Source: Octopus sinensis (lineage: Eukaryota). Taken from it: a DNA stretch of 64,000 nt. A model generated the notes under the pieces. It ran no database searches and was not told the origin of the DNA. It saw nothing but the letters and a program-made list of their open reading frames with translations. The stretch lies in assembly GCF_006345805.1 (NCBI RefSeq), contig NC_043015.1, positions 16,864,001 to 16,928,000 of the forward strand. The letters run 5' to 3'. Position numbers and translations under genes: made by a program. Shown here in pieces: positions 1 through 13,600 of this stretch; the first letter of the stretch is position 1; each line of letters starts with the position of its first letter.

Positions 1-256
1 TACAAGTATTGTATCTTACTTAGGAGCATTATACAATAGCTGTAGCAAGTTTTGAACTCTTAAACAATTGGCCAATAGTCCAACACCTTAAGTTCAGTTC
101 AAAATCACTAAAATATAGAAATATCAATATTTTAACAAATAGGCATCAATACATGACAAGAAATCATTTTAATATCCACTGAAAGCCTGACACTAAATTG
201 CTGATACTAGCAACATATTTCAAACCTTAATTTCTTTGACATCAAAGAATAATTAA

Positions 257-1244
257 CCCTTTCGTTACCAAACCGCCCAAAGCCGCCCAAAAGAAATTTT
301 GGTTAATGTGACCAAACCGCCCAAATTTACCTATTCATATTTAAATGAGAATATCAGAGCAAATCTCTTTAGTACATTCGTGAAAACACGTATTTTACTT
401 TGTAAACAGTTTAACTACAGTTTTGTACAAAGATCGACGTGTAATTTTAATTCCCTGAATTTTGGGAGATTTTTTTCCACATTTTTTTCGGCATCGATTT
501 TTCTTCAACTTTGAAAATGGATAGGAGTTTCATGTTATCAAGCATTGATTCCGAATTGGAAAATTTGTGAAACAAATACTGGGTACTGTTGTAGATTTAG
601 TTTTTATACAGGGAAACTAATGTTAGTCAGCATGGCTTAGGGTATGATGTGGTCTGGAAGTTATTGTTTGAAGCGATCAATGCGGAAACAAACTTACGCA
701 GAACGTAAACAAACACAAAATGGGGGTTCAAATTTCGTAAAAATTTGTGAAGCAAATACTGGGTACTGCGTGGATTTAGTTTTTAGACAGGGAAAATAAT
801 GTTAGTCAGCATGGCCTAGGGAACGATGTGGTCTGGAATTTATCACTTCCATACCATAACCAGGGCCGTATATTATTTTTTGACCGATTTCTTTAGTTCG
901 GTCAAACTTACGGTGGATTCCAATATTTCAGTTTATTCCACCTTTATGGTACACCTGTTGTGCATTAAATTCAACTGATGATATAGTGATGTGCACAATT
1001 CTTCTTTATCAAAATTTTGTTGCATACCCATTTGAATATTAGCTGATGATTCATTTTCTATGGTGATGTTTAAACAAAATTTTAATATTTTTACCTTTTG
1101 CTCATTTTACCTGGATTTACCTGTAATTAAAGTCACTTTGAGACAAAAGTTATGCAATAGAATTGATTAAGAACCCTTTCTTTAATTATGTTCCAAATAT
1201 CACATTAAAATGTTGATAAGTAAAAAAGTTACAGTTATAAAGGG
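257..1244. mobile_element. Non-autonomous piggyBac-type element
   Basis: TTAA at 253-256 and 1245-1248; ends CCCTTTCGTTAC / GTTATAAAGGG; internal ~100-nt direct repeat at 561-660 and 741-840. Confidence 0.75.
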
Positions 1245-1464
1245 TTAATGAAAAGAGATAAATTATTGAGATATATAAAAAAGATATAAAATCTGTCTCA
1301 ATGCAATGAATATCTACTGTTTAATGCTAATACAAAGTCACACTCACATAGATAATTTAGTACAAATTTTCATGTATACTATCAGATTATTCAACAACTT
1401 TTTTTAATCATAGAAAAACAAATTGTTTATAAGGTGATGAGTCTAAATCCCAACTGTTACTAAC

Positions 1465-1626
1465 CTATAGGTGGGGCTTCAAATAATTTTGTACGTGGTT
1501 TGTGCTCCCTTAAATAATATGAACGTCGAGGTGGTTCTTGTGTCTCACTATCATCATCTGCATCATCATCATCCTCATCAACTTCTTCATCAACATCACC
1601 CTGGTTGTCTTGACACTCATCAAAAT
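1465..1626 (-). CDS. ATAD2: ATAD2-like exon 6: acidic tract + [23 protein letters not shown]
   Basis: tag/gttagt, 162 nt, D/E-rich codons. Confidence 0.8.
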
Positions 1627-4600
1627 CTAATAACATTAATACATAACTTCATAAACAGTTTTAAATAAAACAAACATCAAAATATTTTATTTAAAGCAAA
1701 CAGTAAATTTTAAAAACAAAAAAAATTAGAACTTATTTAGATAGCCTTTTTCATTTGAAATCAATACAATCTTTATACAAAGTACGTTATTAAAAACAAA
1801 AATAAATGAAATAAAAACATGAAAACATTTTTTAAATAGTTAAAAAAAAGTGATAAGTTGATGAAGCAAATAACTTTGTTAACTTCAAATGTTATGCACA
1901 GCAAGAGAAAAAAAGGATTCAAAACTAAGGAATACCAATAATTAATTGTTGGTCTCACATAGAAAGGCTGGATGGAGGGGTAAATATTCAATAAATTACT
2001 AAAATATCAAACCATCTCATAGCAAAAGGTCAGTAGTACGAGACATTCAGAACACACAATTTTTATTTCGAGACCTCTCTTGCAGATTGCTTGTTAGTAG
2101 CTGGTTTACAACTGCTTTATAGTCAGCTTGCACTTCTAGTGGTATGAACACAAGAATCAACAATGAGTGGTATATGACATATCTTCTAAAACAGCACAAC
2201 TATATTTTAAGGTACAGATATTAAAAGATAATCAAGCTGCAGCAAATTACTCAATTCATTTAATAATAGAAAATGATTAAATTGAGGCAAGGAAATATGC
2301 AGATATCTTTTATAGTAAATTTTCTTATTGGGGGGGCATCTGGAAAAAAAAAATTACTGAATATTTCTCACCATCAATATTTTGTCTGGTGCTGTGCATT
2401 CCATTTAAAACTGTTGTGAACTTACGCTGTGCACGATTTCTTTTGACACGACTGTACATATCTGTAAACTCCTGAAAATAGAATAATTATTTCTGTTGGT
2501 ATAGAGGATACTTGAATACTGTCAGCATTTACTGACATATATATATATTTACTTTAAAAATGAAAAGTCACATAAATGTTGCAAACACCATTTCTAACTT
2601 CTACAATAGGAATGTAGCTACATCAAAATAACTGAATCAGAAACTATTATCAATTTGATTTCTTTCATTTCTTAACCATACAACTAATATACAATAATAA
2701 TAATATAACTAATAATACAACTAACAAAAAGAAATGAATCAATTATTTTTATATACATTTATGTCAAATAGATATCTTTTATACTAAGTGATTTTTATAA
2801 TGTTCTTTCAGGAAAAAAAACAAAAAAAAAAAAAAACTTGAATGACTCATTGAGTCATCAAAATTACTTTAGAATAGGTTATATAAAATAAGAAATCTTA
2901 CCAAAGAGTCATCAATCTCATCAACATTGGTTCTCTTACGCTTGTGTGATTCATTATTACTATGATCATCTTCCAGAGTAATGTTGTTTGTCTCAGTTAC
3001 ATCAGAAGATAAAAACAACAAAGATCGTTTACGAGTGGATCTTCGTGTTGGCAGAAGTGGTTTATTGTTTGTTTTCCCAGACTTTTTTCTTTCATCTCTT
3101 TTTACCTTCATATGTAGTTTATTGCAACTTTTGTCAGCAAACTCCACCTCTATATATATATATATATATAAAAATAAAAGATTTGTAATTTTTGTTTCTC
3201 GATGTGTCTTGCAATAAATTTTAACATTTTTTTCATTAAAAACTTCATAAACTGTGAACATTACCAAATTAATACAGAAGTTGAATGAACTTCAAGATAT
3301 AGGTTAGAATTACTTAAATTAGCCTCCAAAACCATAGCAAACAAGAGACAACAAAATTTTATAACCAAGATAACTGAACTTAAAGTAATATTATAAAATG
3401 GTGTTTGTTTGAAATATAAATTAAGAATTAAAAATTACTGCTTTTGATGAGTCTTCTGCAATAATCCATAATATTCATATGTAAAATCCATTATATTGTC
3501 TTGTATTCCAAATATAGTTCATATAGTTAGTTTCACATTTCCAAACTAACTATATGAACTATATTTGGAATACAAGACAATATAACGGATTTTACATATG
3601 AATATTATGGATTATTGCAGAAGACTAACCAAGGAAGTATATATGGATTTAAAAACTCTAATCAAAAGCAGTAATTTTTAATTTATCATTCAAACAAACA
3701 CCATTTTATAGAATTACTTTAAATTTTAAAAAAAAACTATCATTCAATATTTATTTTTTATTTTTTACTTGTTTCAGTCATTTGACTGCGGCCATGCTGG
3801 AGCACCGCCTTTAATCGAGCAACTCGACCCCGGGACAAAATATATAACAGACTGGAATTGTAGGCCCGTCTCTTGCAATTTCAATCAATTGTATCTTGTC
3901 CTCCCTCTTGTATAGAAGTGTGGCTACAATCCAGCCTACCTCTACTTCTGGGGGGACATTTTAAATTTTTATCCGAGATGCCCTACGTCCCAGATATAAA
4001 GGTAAAAATAAAATATTTCCACTTTGCAAGGTTCGAGTCGAGTACTCCCTTGCATGTTCTGTTGACTCAAACCTTGCTTCTATTGTGGCGAATTTACCGC
4101 CTCTGGTTAGATCTCTTTTATAGTCACACCAAGACACTTTTCGATGGTGCTTTCCTCCAGGTGTTCAAATCTTTTTTTTTCTCTCTACATTGTATACTTT
4201 AAAGACAATAGTCTTTTCTTTAATTTAATATTTTATTTCGTTTGGTGGTGTTATCCTAGATTCACCGTCTTTGTTGGTGATCAATCCGAAATAGGTTTGT
4301 ATTTCTTCCATTTTAATTTTAATGAGTTTGCGCCCGCCGACGGCTGCAGCAAAATTCATTTTTGGACTTTCTTCTATCGAAAGCATTCATACAAAAATGC
4401 TTCCGTATAAACGGTGAAAATATTGTCAATTTCCCCAAACAGGGACACAATTCAATTTTTAAACAATAACCAAAGCTCCTTCTCCCAAAGGTTACAGTTT
4501 ACAATTATTTAACAAATGCAACACAAAAACGTTATGCACAGTAAACGGTATGTGCACAGCTCCATCTGGACTATTCCATTTCAGCATGCTAATTTTATTT

Positions 4601-7600
4601 TTAATTTATTCCCATTCATGTGAAACCACTTATTCAAGTTCAAGTCAGTGATACAATTTTATACCAATTGCTATTTTTACTTTTGTTATGTTACGATTAT
4701 ATTATACTTTAGTTTGATTTTAATTATTACTTACTACATATAATTCAATTATTATTATCTCTAATTTTTATTGTTACAGTGAAAGTATCTGACATGAAAT
4801 AGAGAAATGTTTTTGTTTCACTTTTAACACGTAATACTGAAATAGTGGAAAAGATATGATATTGCTATGGGCTCGCCCTAGGCAAAAAGTTGAACATTTT
4901 TTTTGCCCATGAAACTACATGGACCCTAAGTAAGGCATGTGTAAAATTTGAATGAAATTGGTTGTGTAGTTCTCAAGTTTTAGGGAGACAGACAGACATT
5001 CTCAGTTTTATATATAGAGAGATATTTATACTTATACATATTTTTATACAAATTTATATTATTTATATATTTTTAATACAACAATTATTTTTCACATGTG
5101 TATATCTTTCTGATGAGTTTTCTGATATTGATTTACTAATATTAATAATAATATATTATTAAAAAACCCATGCCAGCATGGAAAGCGGACGTTAAACGAT
5201 GATGATGATGATATATATATATATATATTGTTTATCTTTTATTTGTTTAAGTAATAGGACTACAATCATGCTGGAGCACTAGAAATCACCCCATTACTTC
5301 TCTTTTTTTATTTCTTCTGTCGAACTGCTAAGTTATGGGAATATTAACAAGCCAACACTGGTTGTTGTCAAGTGGTGCGGTAGGGATAAACACACACATG
5401 ACAGGCTTCTTTCAGTTTCCACCTACCAAATTCATTCACAAGGCTTTGGTCAGCCCAGGCTGTAGAAGACAGTTGTTCATGGTGCCACACTGAACCCAGG
5501 GCCATGTGGTTGGGAAGCAAACTTCTTACCACACAACCATGCCTGCACCAGTTTATATCTATAACTAAACAAATTTAAGTTAATAAACATTACCAACCTT
5601 CTTCAAATTCATCACTGCTATCACCAGAAACGACTTTTCCTCTCCTGTTAAAAGTAATATTAGATTCAATAAATTAACAGACATAATTCAAATATAATTA
5701 TTTTCTAAAATAATATATAAAATTTAATTAAACAAAATTTTTAAAAATTAAACCTTACAATTTATACTTTGCTTGTTCCTACACTGATAACTTAATAATT
5801 ATGCACTGAAGTGCATACTAATTCTAGATTTGAAAGAGAATTTGTACAGATAGCAACATGTAGAAAAAAGATAATATACTTAAATTCTCTACAAAGATCT
5901 ATAAAGTTATAAAATTATTATGAAGTGTGAATAAATATTAAGAACCTGATATCTTTTTTCATTCATAGGAACTGAACACTTTCTAATATAAAACATAATA
6001 TGAAGTTTTTGTCAGTTATTAGCACTAGAATGCTCAAGTTAAAAATAAAAATTTTAAATGCTACGAAATAAAACCTTGATAAACTATGGAATATTTTTTA
6101 AAAAAACTTTCAGGATTAATATAAAATAATATGCATTTTAAATTTATTTTTAATAAGACCATACATTACAAAAGCCTTAGGTCATATGTGTACTCTCGCA
6201 TTCTAAATTTAATTTTAATCATAAAACATAGATTATGTTTCCATACTAAAGAACATTAAAGAACATGCTGGAAAAGATTAGCACTGGCTAACTATTAAGA
6301 AGAAGGGGTAATTAGTGAGATGTAATTATACCTTATGATTTAAAAAAAAAAGCTTTAAATAAGAATTTATAAATTAAAATAGTTGTCCATTGCTGATATT
6401 TACTGAGCATCAAGTTATGTAGGTCACATACTTAGTTAAATCAGGTAGTGCAGGAAGGTGACAAGAACAGTACTCTCATCAACTGCTACTAAGGAAAAGG
6501 AGAAATACTGGAGAGAGGCAATTAAGGTTTCACACTGATGTTGAAAATAGTTGGAAGAGTTTTAACAAAGTTAATTTAGATAAAGGCTAACTTGAATGAG
6601 ATGTAATTAGGGGTTATGCCAAGGAACAATAACACAATAAAATGCACAAGTTCTTTGCTTTGCTATGATTGTTTATCTGGAGAAGACTTTTGACAAGGTC
6701 TCAATTGTTTGAAGGGTTAATGGCTTGTGATAAGCAGTACAGGCTCCTTTCCCTGCATTTTTGGACAGGAGGATTAAATCACCACTTGGACCTTGGGTGC
6801 ATTTAGAAGAAATTCTTCTACAAACATTTAGTTTGAATGTAGCTGCCTCTCTTCTAACTAATCTTGGATGCTAACTGCCTTGCTCTAATTACACTGCATA
6901 ACAAAATGAAAAAAAAGTTTCTTTAGTATGAGATAATTAACGTAATTTTAGCTAATTTTAGGGTACCCTTTTTGAATATGAAGTGAGTTTTATTCCATCA
7001 TATCTAGACTTTGATCTAAAAGATACCTCCTATATACCAAACTTATATAAAGGTAATGTAGCATGCAGTACATAAAAAGTTCCCATTTATCTTTTAAGAG
7101 TACCTTTGATTGTTCGTTTGTGGCAACCTTTAATAAGAGAGCTGTAAAAGTAGATATAACAAATATTAGATTGTGTCTATTTTTAGAACACTTTGATTTA
7201 AATGTATGTTTTGGATGTTATTGTGACTTGTATCAAATTGATAATTATTCTTTTCTCTGTGGACTGCTGTTTTTTATTTCTCCACTTCAATTTGCATGGC
7301 TTCAAGATGTGTATGTCGCAATGACCCAGATCACTTTTGCTACATCTGTGGGGGATATGCATTCAAAGACTGGAGAAACGCCACACCACTAACACAAGTA
7401 AGATATAAGGATTACTTCAAAATGAAACTTGGAGACCAAGATAAATGTTTTGCTCCACATACTGTATGTAAAGTTTGCAGTGATTGGCTTTCCTTGAGGT
7501 CCAGCGACAAGCTGGTGCAAATGCCATTTGCCACTCTAATGGTATGCTTAGAACAAAGCAACCATTCTACTGATTGCTACTTTTGCATTAATAACGTTGA

Positions 7601-10600
7601 GGATCCAATAAGAAAACTACAAGGTATAATCAAGTATGTTAATTTGCCATCAGCCATCCAAAACCATATAAAGATGAAATTCTTCTGTGCCAGGCAATCA
7701 ACCATTGAGCGAGTCAAATGACGATTCCAAAGACAAAACTAAATGTGAAGAGCAAATGGATGAACAGGATTTTGAAATTCCTCATCCATGCCCTGAAATA
7801 ACTCAAGAACAACTTTATCATTTTGTTCAAAAGTTGTGACTTTCCAAGAATGATGTTTACTTGGCTGGAAGAATATGGTGTCTTAGCCCAAGGAACTAAA
7901 ACAGCATACAGGCAGTGAGAAGAAATTTCTTAAATTTTTCGACATGCATAATGAAATGGGTTTTGTTTAATGCAAGAACATTACTGGTCTGATGATGGTA
8001 CAGGGATTTTCCTCTAATGTCAAGATATTGGTGATTATTCATTGACAGAAGTGTTTCTAACTTAAAGGCAGTCCTTTTGCATGTTGGAAATGATTACCCA
8101 GAGATTCCAGTGGGTTGAGGAAGACAAAAGAGTCATATGATACCATCAAGATGTATTTTTCTTGATCAGGTATGATGATTTCAAGTGGAAAGCTGGAGGT
8201 GACTTGAAGATAATTTTTTTAACTGGAGTGCAAAAAAGTTACACAAAGGTTTGCTGCTGCTTGTTCTTGTGGGACAGCATGGCTTGAAATGAGCACTACA
8301 GTCAGCAGGGTCGTCCAGCACATCATGAATGAAGACCAGGGAATAAAAGAGTTTAATATGCACTACTAGTTTTACCTGAGCTATTTGTGTTACAACTACT
8401 ACATATTAAAATTTCATGAAGTCACAAGACATTGAGGGGCAACCAGACAAGTTGCTGAAAGATATCTTTCCTCAATTAAGTAAAACAAAGACTAAAGAAA
8501 GCATGTTAATAAATTACATGCAATGTTCACAAGATTAAACACTTTTTCTATAAATGTAGCTTATATGGGATATCTTGTAATCAAAATATAGATGTGATGG
8601 AGCAAAATAGATTTCATATTCATAAAGAACACCCTAAAATTAACTATCACCTTAAGTAGTGTTTACTAAAAAATTAGTGTCATGCAGTGTTATAGCACAA
8701 CAGTTCAAGACTGGTTGTCCTTGGAACTTCTCTATGTTGATAATCTAATTTTCAGCAGAGTCTGTCACTAAGTTATAGAAAAATTCTGAACTTGAAAATA
8801 CAAAGGTCAAAATAGCAAAGACCCATGTGCTGGTTAGTAAGGAAGAGCATGAAATCTCAGGGTCATCTGAGAAGTGGCCTTCTTTAATTTATAGATGAAA
8901 AGATAGATAAGCACTTGATCAATGAAAGAACTAGTTGCTCAAAATATACATAGATATATATATATATACATGTCGATGATACAGATGGCTAACTACATGG
9001 GATTGATAGTTATGTAGGAGACTTAATAAGTACTACAAAGGATTTTAATAAAAGTGAAGTAACTATACTTTTTCTAGTGCAATTTTAAATAAGTGATCTC
9101 CAAAAATAACTTCAAAACAAAATTATCTGAAAGCAAATTAAGTAGTAGATATAGCTTGTCTCAAGCTACAAGTACTAGTATTTCAGTGTCAAACAGGAAA
9201 GCAAGCAGGGTCATACAAGAAGTTTGCACTTGAAATTCATTTCCATGTAGTCTGTCACTGAATGAGAAAACTGGGAATTCATTGCTGCATGTTGTGATAT
9301 ATATATACTAATGAAGTGTGCAAAGATCATATGTTACAAATGTACCATGGAAAGGACAGTGACGAAGTTAAGATAGAACATAGAAATACTGGTTTCAAAT
9401 TTTGGCACTGGGCTAGCAATTTTGGAGCGGAGTAAGTTGATTACATCAACCCCAGGGCTGACAGTATGCTAGATCAGCAGTCCTATTCAAACTCAGAAAA
9501 ATTTGCTCTTTTAAACAATGATGATCCTAAAACTGATAATTTCCATGAGTTAGCAATCATAACTAATTTCAACATGGTTTGGCAAAGAAAGCAGTTTAAG
9601 ATATAATTTTTTAACACTATTTTATAATTAAAATATGTAAACAGAGAGATATTATTTAAAAGGGGATAGCTTTATAACTAAGCTTATTATTATTTTTATC
9701 ATTTATGGCTTCCTTTCATTATAACTATTTCAGCTGCCTTAGTACTGGGCATCCTCTGGATGCCAAGAGTAGCAAGGGCACTTTTATTTTGCTATGCATG
9801 CAAAAATTATCACCACATTTATTCTATTTTAGATGGCTGTATCCATCACGGTTATCTTTTGTAGTTCACAGAGATTAGAGTTATCAAAGAGTTGCTTAAT
9901 ATACTTCTCAGCTCCCTTCTTTATCATTCCCAACATACCAATTACTACTGGTATTATCATAGTATGAAGCTTCCACATTTTTGTGATTTTAATTTGCAGA
10001 TCTTCATAGTGAGCAAGCTTTTCGCATTCCTTGTGGGACAGACATATCTATTAACAGACAAGTTCCTCTGTTGTAGTCGTTGATCACAATGTCTGGTTGA
10101 CTGGAGTCAATTTTTCTATCTGTTTGCATTGGAAAGTTCCATTTACTACATCCTCTGGATAGTGCCTGTACCACTTATCATGGGATTTAATTTTGTAGCA
10201 TTTACAAGCATTCCAGTGGATGTACTGCCCTAGTCTGTCATGTCTTATGAGGAACTCCTTTTCAATGAGGACTGGGCAGCCAGAAACAACATGATCAATT
10301 GTCTCTGAATTTTCTGCAAATTCTGTATGACAAGACAGATTCATCTTCAAGGATGTTTGTATGGTAGTTTCTGGTAGGTAAGCTCTGATTTTGTGCTGCA
10401 ATAGCAAAACCTTCTGTTTCTCCTTTGAGACCTTGTAGCCATTGGTGTGTTAGGTTTTGATATCTGGTTTGGACAGGCAGTTAAGGTATCTTCCATGCAG
10501 GAGTTTACCTTTCCAGTTGTCTTTGATGTTATTCACGCAAGCCTTCTTTATTATTATTATCATTAAGGCGACAAGCTGGCAGAAACATCAGCACACCAGG

Positions 10601-13600
10601 CAAAATGCTTAGTAGTATATCATGTCTTTATGTTCTGAGTTCAAATTCCACTGAGGTCAACTCTGCCTTTCATCCCTTCAAGCACAAGGCCCGAAATTTT
10701 GTGGGAAATAAGTACCAGTTGAGTACTGGGGGTCGATGTAATCAACTATCGCCCTCTCCCAAATTTCAGGCCTTGTGCCTTTTAAAAAAAAAGATTATTA
10801 TTATTATGACTGCAAGGTGGGAGAATCCTTAGCACCCTGGACAAAAAAGCTTACTGGCATTTTGTCCATCTTTACATTCTGAATTCAAATTCCACCAAGG
10901 TCAACTTGCCCTTTATCCTTTCAGAGTCGATGAAATAAGTACCAGTTGAATACTGGGTCAATGTAATTGACTTGTCCCCCTGCCCTTGAAAGTTCAAGCC
11001 TTGTGCCAATAGTAGAAAGGATTATCATCATCATTAAGGTAGAAGACGGGCATTGTTAGCATATGTGACAAAATACTTAATGGTATTTCTTCTGGCTTTA
11101 TGTTCTGAGTTCAAATGACACTAAAGTCAACTTTGCTTTTTATCTTTTGGGATCAATGAAATAAGTACCAGTTTCACATTGGGGGATCAATGTAATTGAC
11201 TATTCTCTTCCCACAAAATTTCAGGCCTTGTGCTTTTACTAGAAAGATTATTATTGTTATTGTTTTAAGAAGTAAATATTTTAAAATTTACATTTAGCTA
11301 AACAAGAAGCTTTGCATTTTTAACATTTATTGTATGACTTTTTATATTTTTAACATTCATTATAAGACTTTTTTTTTTTATGGTGAAAGACTCAAATGTA
11401 GAAATTAATATGGGTATTTATAGTGGGTATTTTATAACAAAACCTAACTGCTGTATGTGAAAATTAGACTAGATATTTTTCAGGCTAAGACAAACTATGT
11501 CATTTTTCAAAGAAAAAAAAAAAGTAAACAAAGAATTCCTCTATTCACAAAAACTACCTCAAACAAGATCAGCAATATCACTGTACTCATCATAATGTCC
11601 CACTTATAGTACTGTGCAATAGAGCCTCTCTCTAAACATCTCTGATGGGAGACAATATAGTTATTTAGCTCCAATCAAGCAGACCTGTAATCAAATAAAT
11701 TCCAGCCACAGCCATCACCATTTTTTTCTCTTTTTGTAAGCAGTGGACTGTATTATCTAATGTGTCCTCTGTATCTCACAACAGTAAGGAGTAATTAGGA
11801 GATTTAGTTGTTAATGTTGAGCGACTACACAGAAATTCCCATGTCAAGCAGACATTCGTTTATTCAAAAGGTTTACTTCCTTTAAGCTATTATATTATTT
11901 TGAATCTTGTTCCATATTCATATTAATCATATATCTCTAATACTCAGTTCTTTTCTCAACATTAACTCTGGAAAATATGGTTCATCTTTCATAAACAGTT
12001 GGGTCTCTATATAATCTGTTGCGGAGCCCTGTTCATTTCATATAAACAGGAGTAATTTGTTCCAAGCCACACCCAAATTCTATATAAAGGCATGAAATGA
12101 TATTTTATTTGTTTATCCATCTATATCATCATCAACATTCAATGTCCATTTCCCATGCTGGCACAGGTTAAACAGCCTAACAGGAATTGGCATGGTCAGG
12201 GGGCTGCACCAGGTTCCATAGCCTGTTTTAACATAGTTTCTATGGCTAGATGCCCTTCCTAATACCAACCACTCTACAGAATTGCAAATACATGTGTGTA
12301 AATGTGTATGAGTACATTTTCTCAGTTTAGCTTGTGTTGATCCATTGCTATTTTAAGCAAAATATGAGAAATATTTTCCATATAAAATATGAAAATTTGC
12401 AAGCTACACAAAATGTGTACATGGATATAAACAAACTACTTGTATGTTTTCTCAGTCACTTAAACTATTTCTAATTTGTTGTTCAAATTTCAGATTGGCA
12501 GCTGAATATAATTTTCTTTGTTCATTTAGCATACCTATTTGTATATGCTCTCCCAGCACTTATGTAGTCTACTTGTGGTTTGTAGTTAGATTTCAAATTG
12601 TTAAGTTAATGGGCCCCCAGTCACTTACACATGTGCATAGCCTGCTCATGGTTCACTGATCAAATTTCAACTCATTTTGTGAGTTTAGTTTTCTTCAGTA
12701 AAACTATTTGTTATTCAAATTGTTCATTTAGAGAACTGTTTGCATATGGGTACTCCATTATATTCCAAAGCAGTTACTGAAGTTCATTAGTTTTACCATT
12801 CATGTTTCACACTACAGCTACATTATATAAATTATCCTTTGTAGAATATTCACCTTTTTTTTTTTATCAAAAACAAATTTTCTCCAAAAATGTTGGCATA
12901 ATAAAGTTATTATGTCAAAATTGTACCAAATATAACTAATTAGGTTTGTCTTAGTTACAAAAGTTTTCATTATTAACCACAGTAAATTTTACTTCCAGCA
13001 ATACTTTCCCAGTACCAAAACTAAACCTTTTCCAACAGACATTCAAAGTAATTGTCCCTCTATATAAACAAGACTTAACAAAAATGCTAAAGTATAGAAG
13101 GAATCAAAATTCCTCCACTACGTCACCTTAATATCTGCTTGTTTTCATGAAATTATATATATATATGCTTTCCTTAAAATTCGATTTAAATAAATTTAAT
13201 AAAAACATGAGAAAAGCATCATTGATACTCTTTAACCCTTTCGTTACCAACCTGGCTGAAACTGGCTCTGGTTCTTTAGTATAAATGTCTTGTTTTCATA
13301 ATTCATAATTCAAATCTTACACCAAATCTTAGTCACAATTTATGTTCCTAACACTAGCTTAATGATAAAAGTTATTTTACTAAATTCTTTGTTATATTTA
13401 AAATAATTGAAAGAAACACAGAGCATCTCAAAATAAATACAGTAACGAAAGGGTTAAATCACATATTTTGAAAATGTTTAGTTATTATTGCTTTAATTTT
13501 CAATTTGCAATAAATATTTCACGTAACTAACTAAATAAGTTGCATACAAAACAAAATAATGTTAGTGTTAAAACCACAGGCTAGACTACAATAATGTCAA

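Noticed and set aside
1471-1668. His-rich plus-strand ORF
   Set aside because: Antisense shadow of the GAT-rich acidic ATAD2 exon
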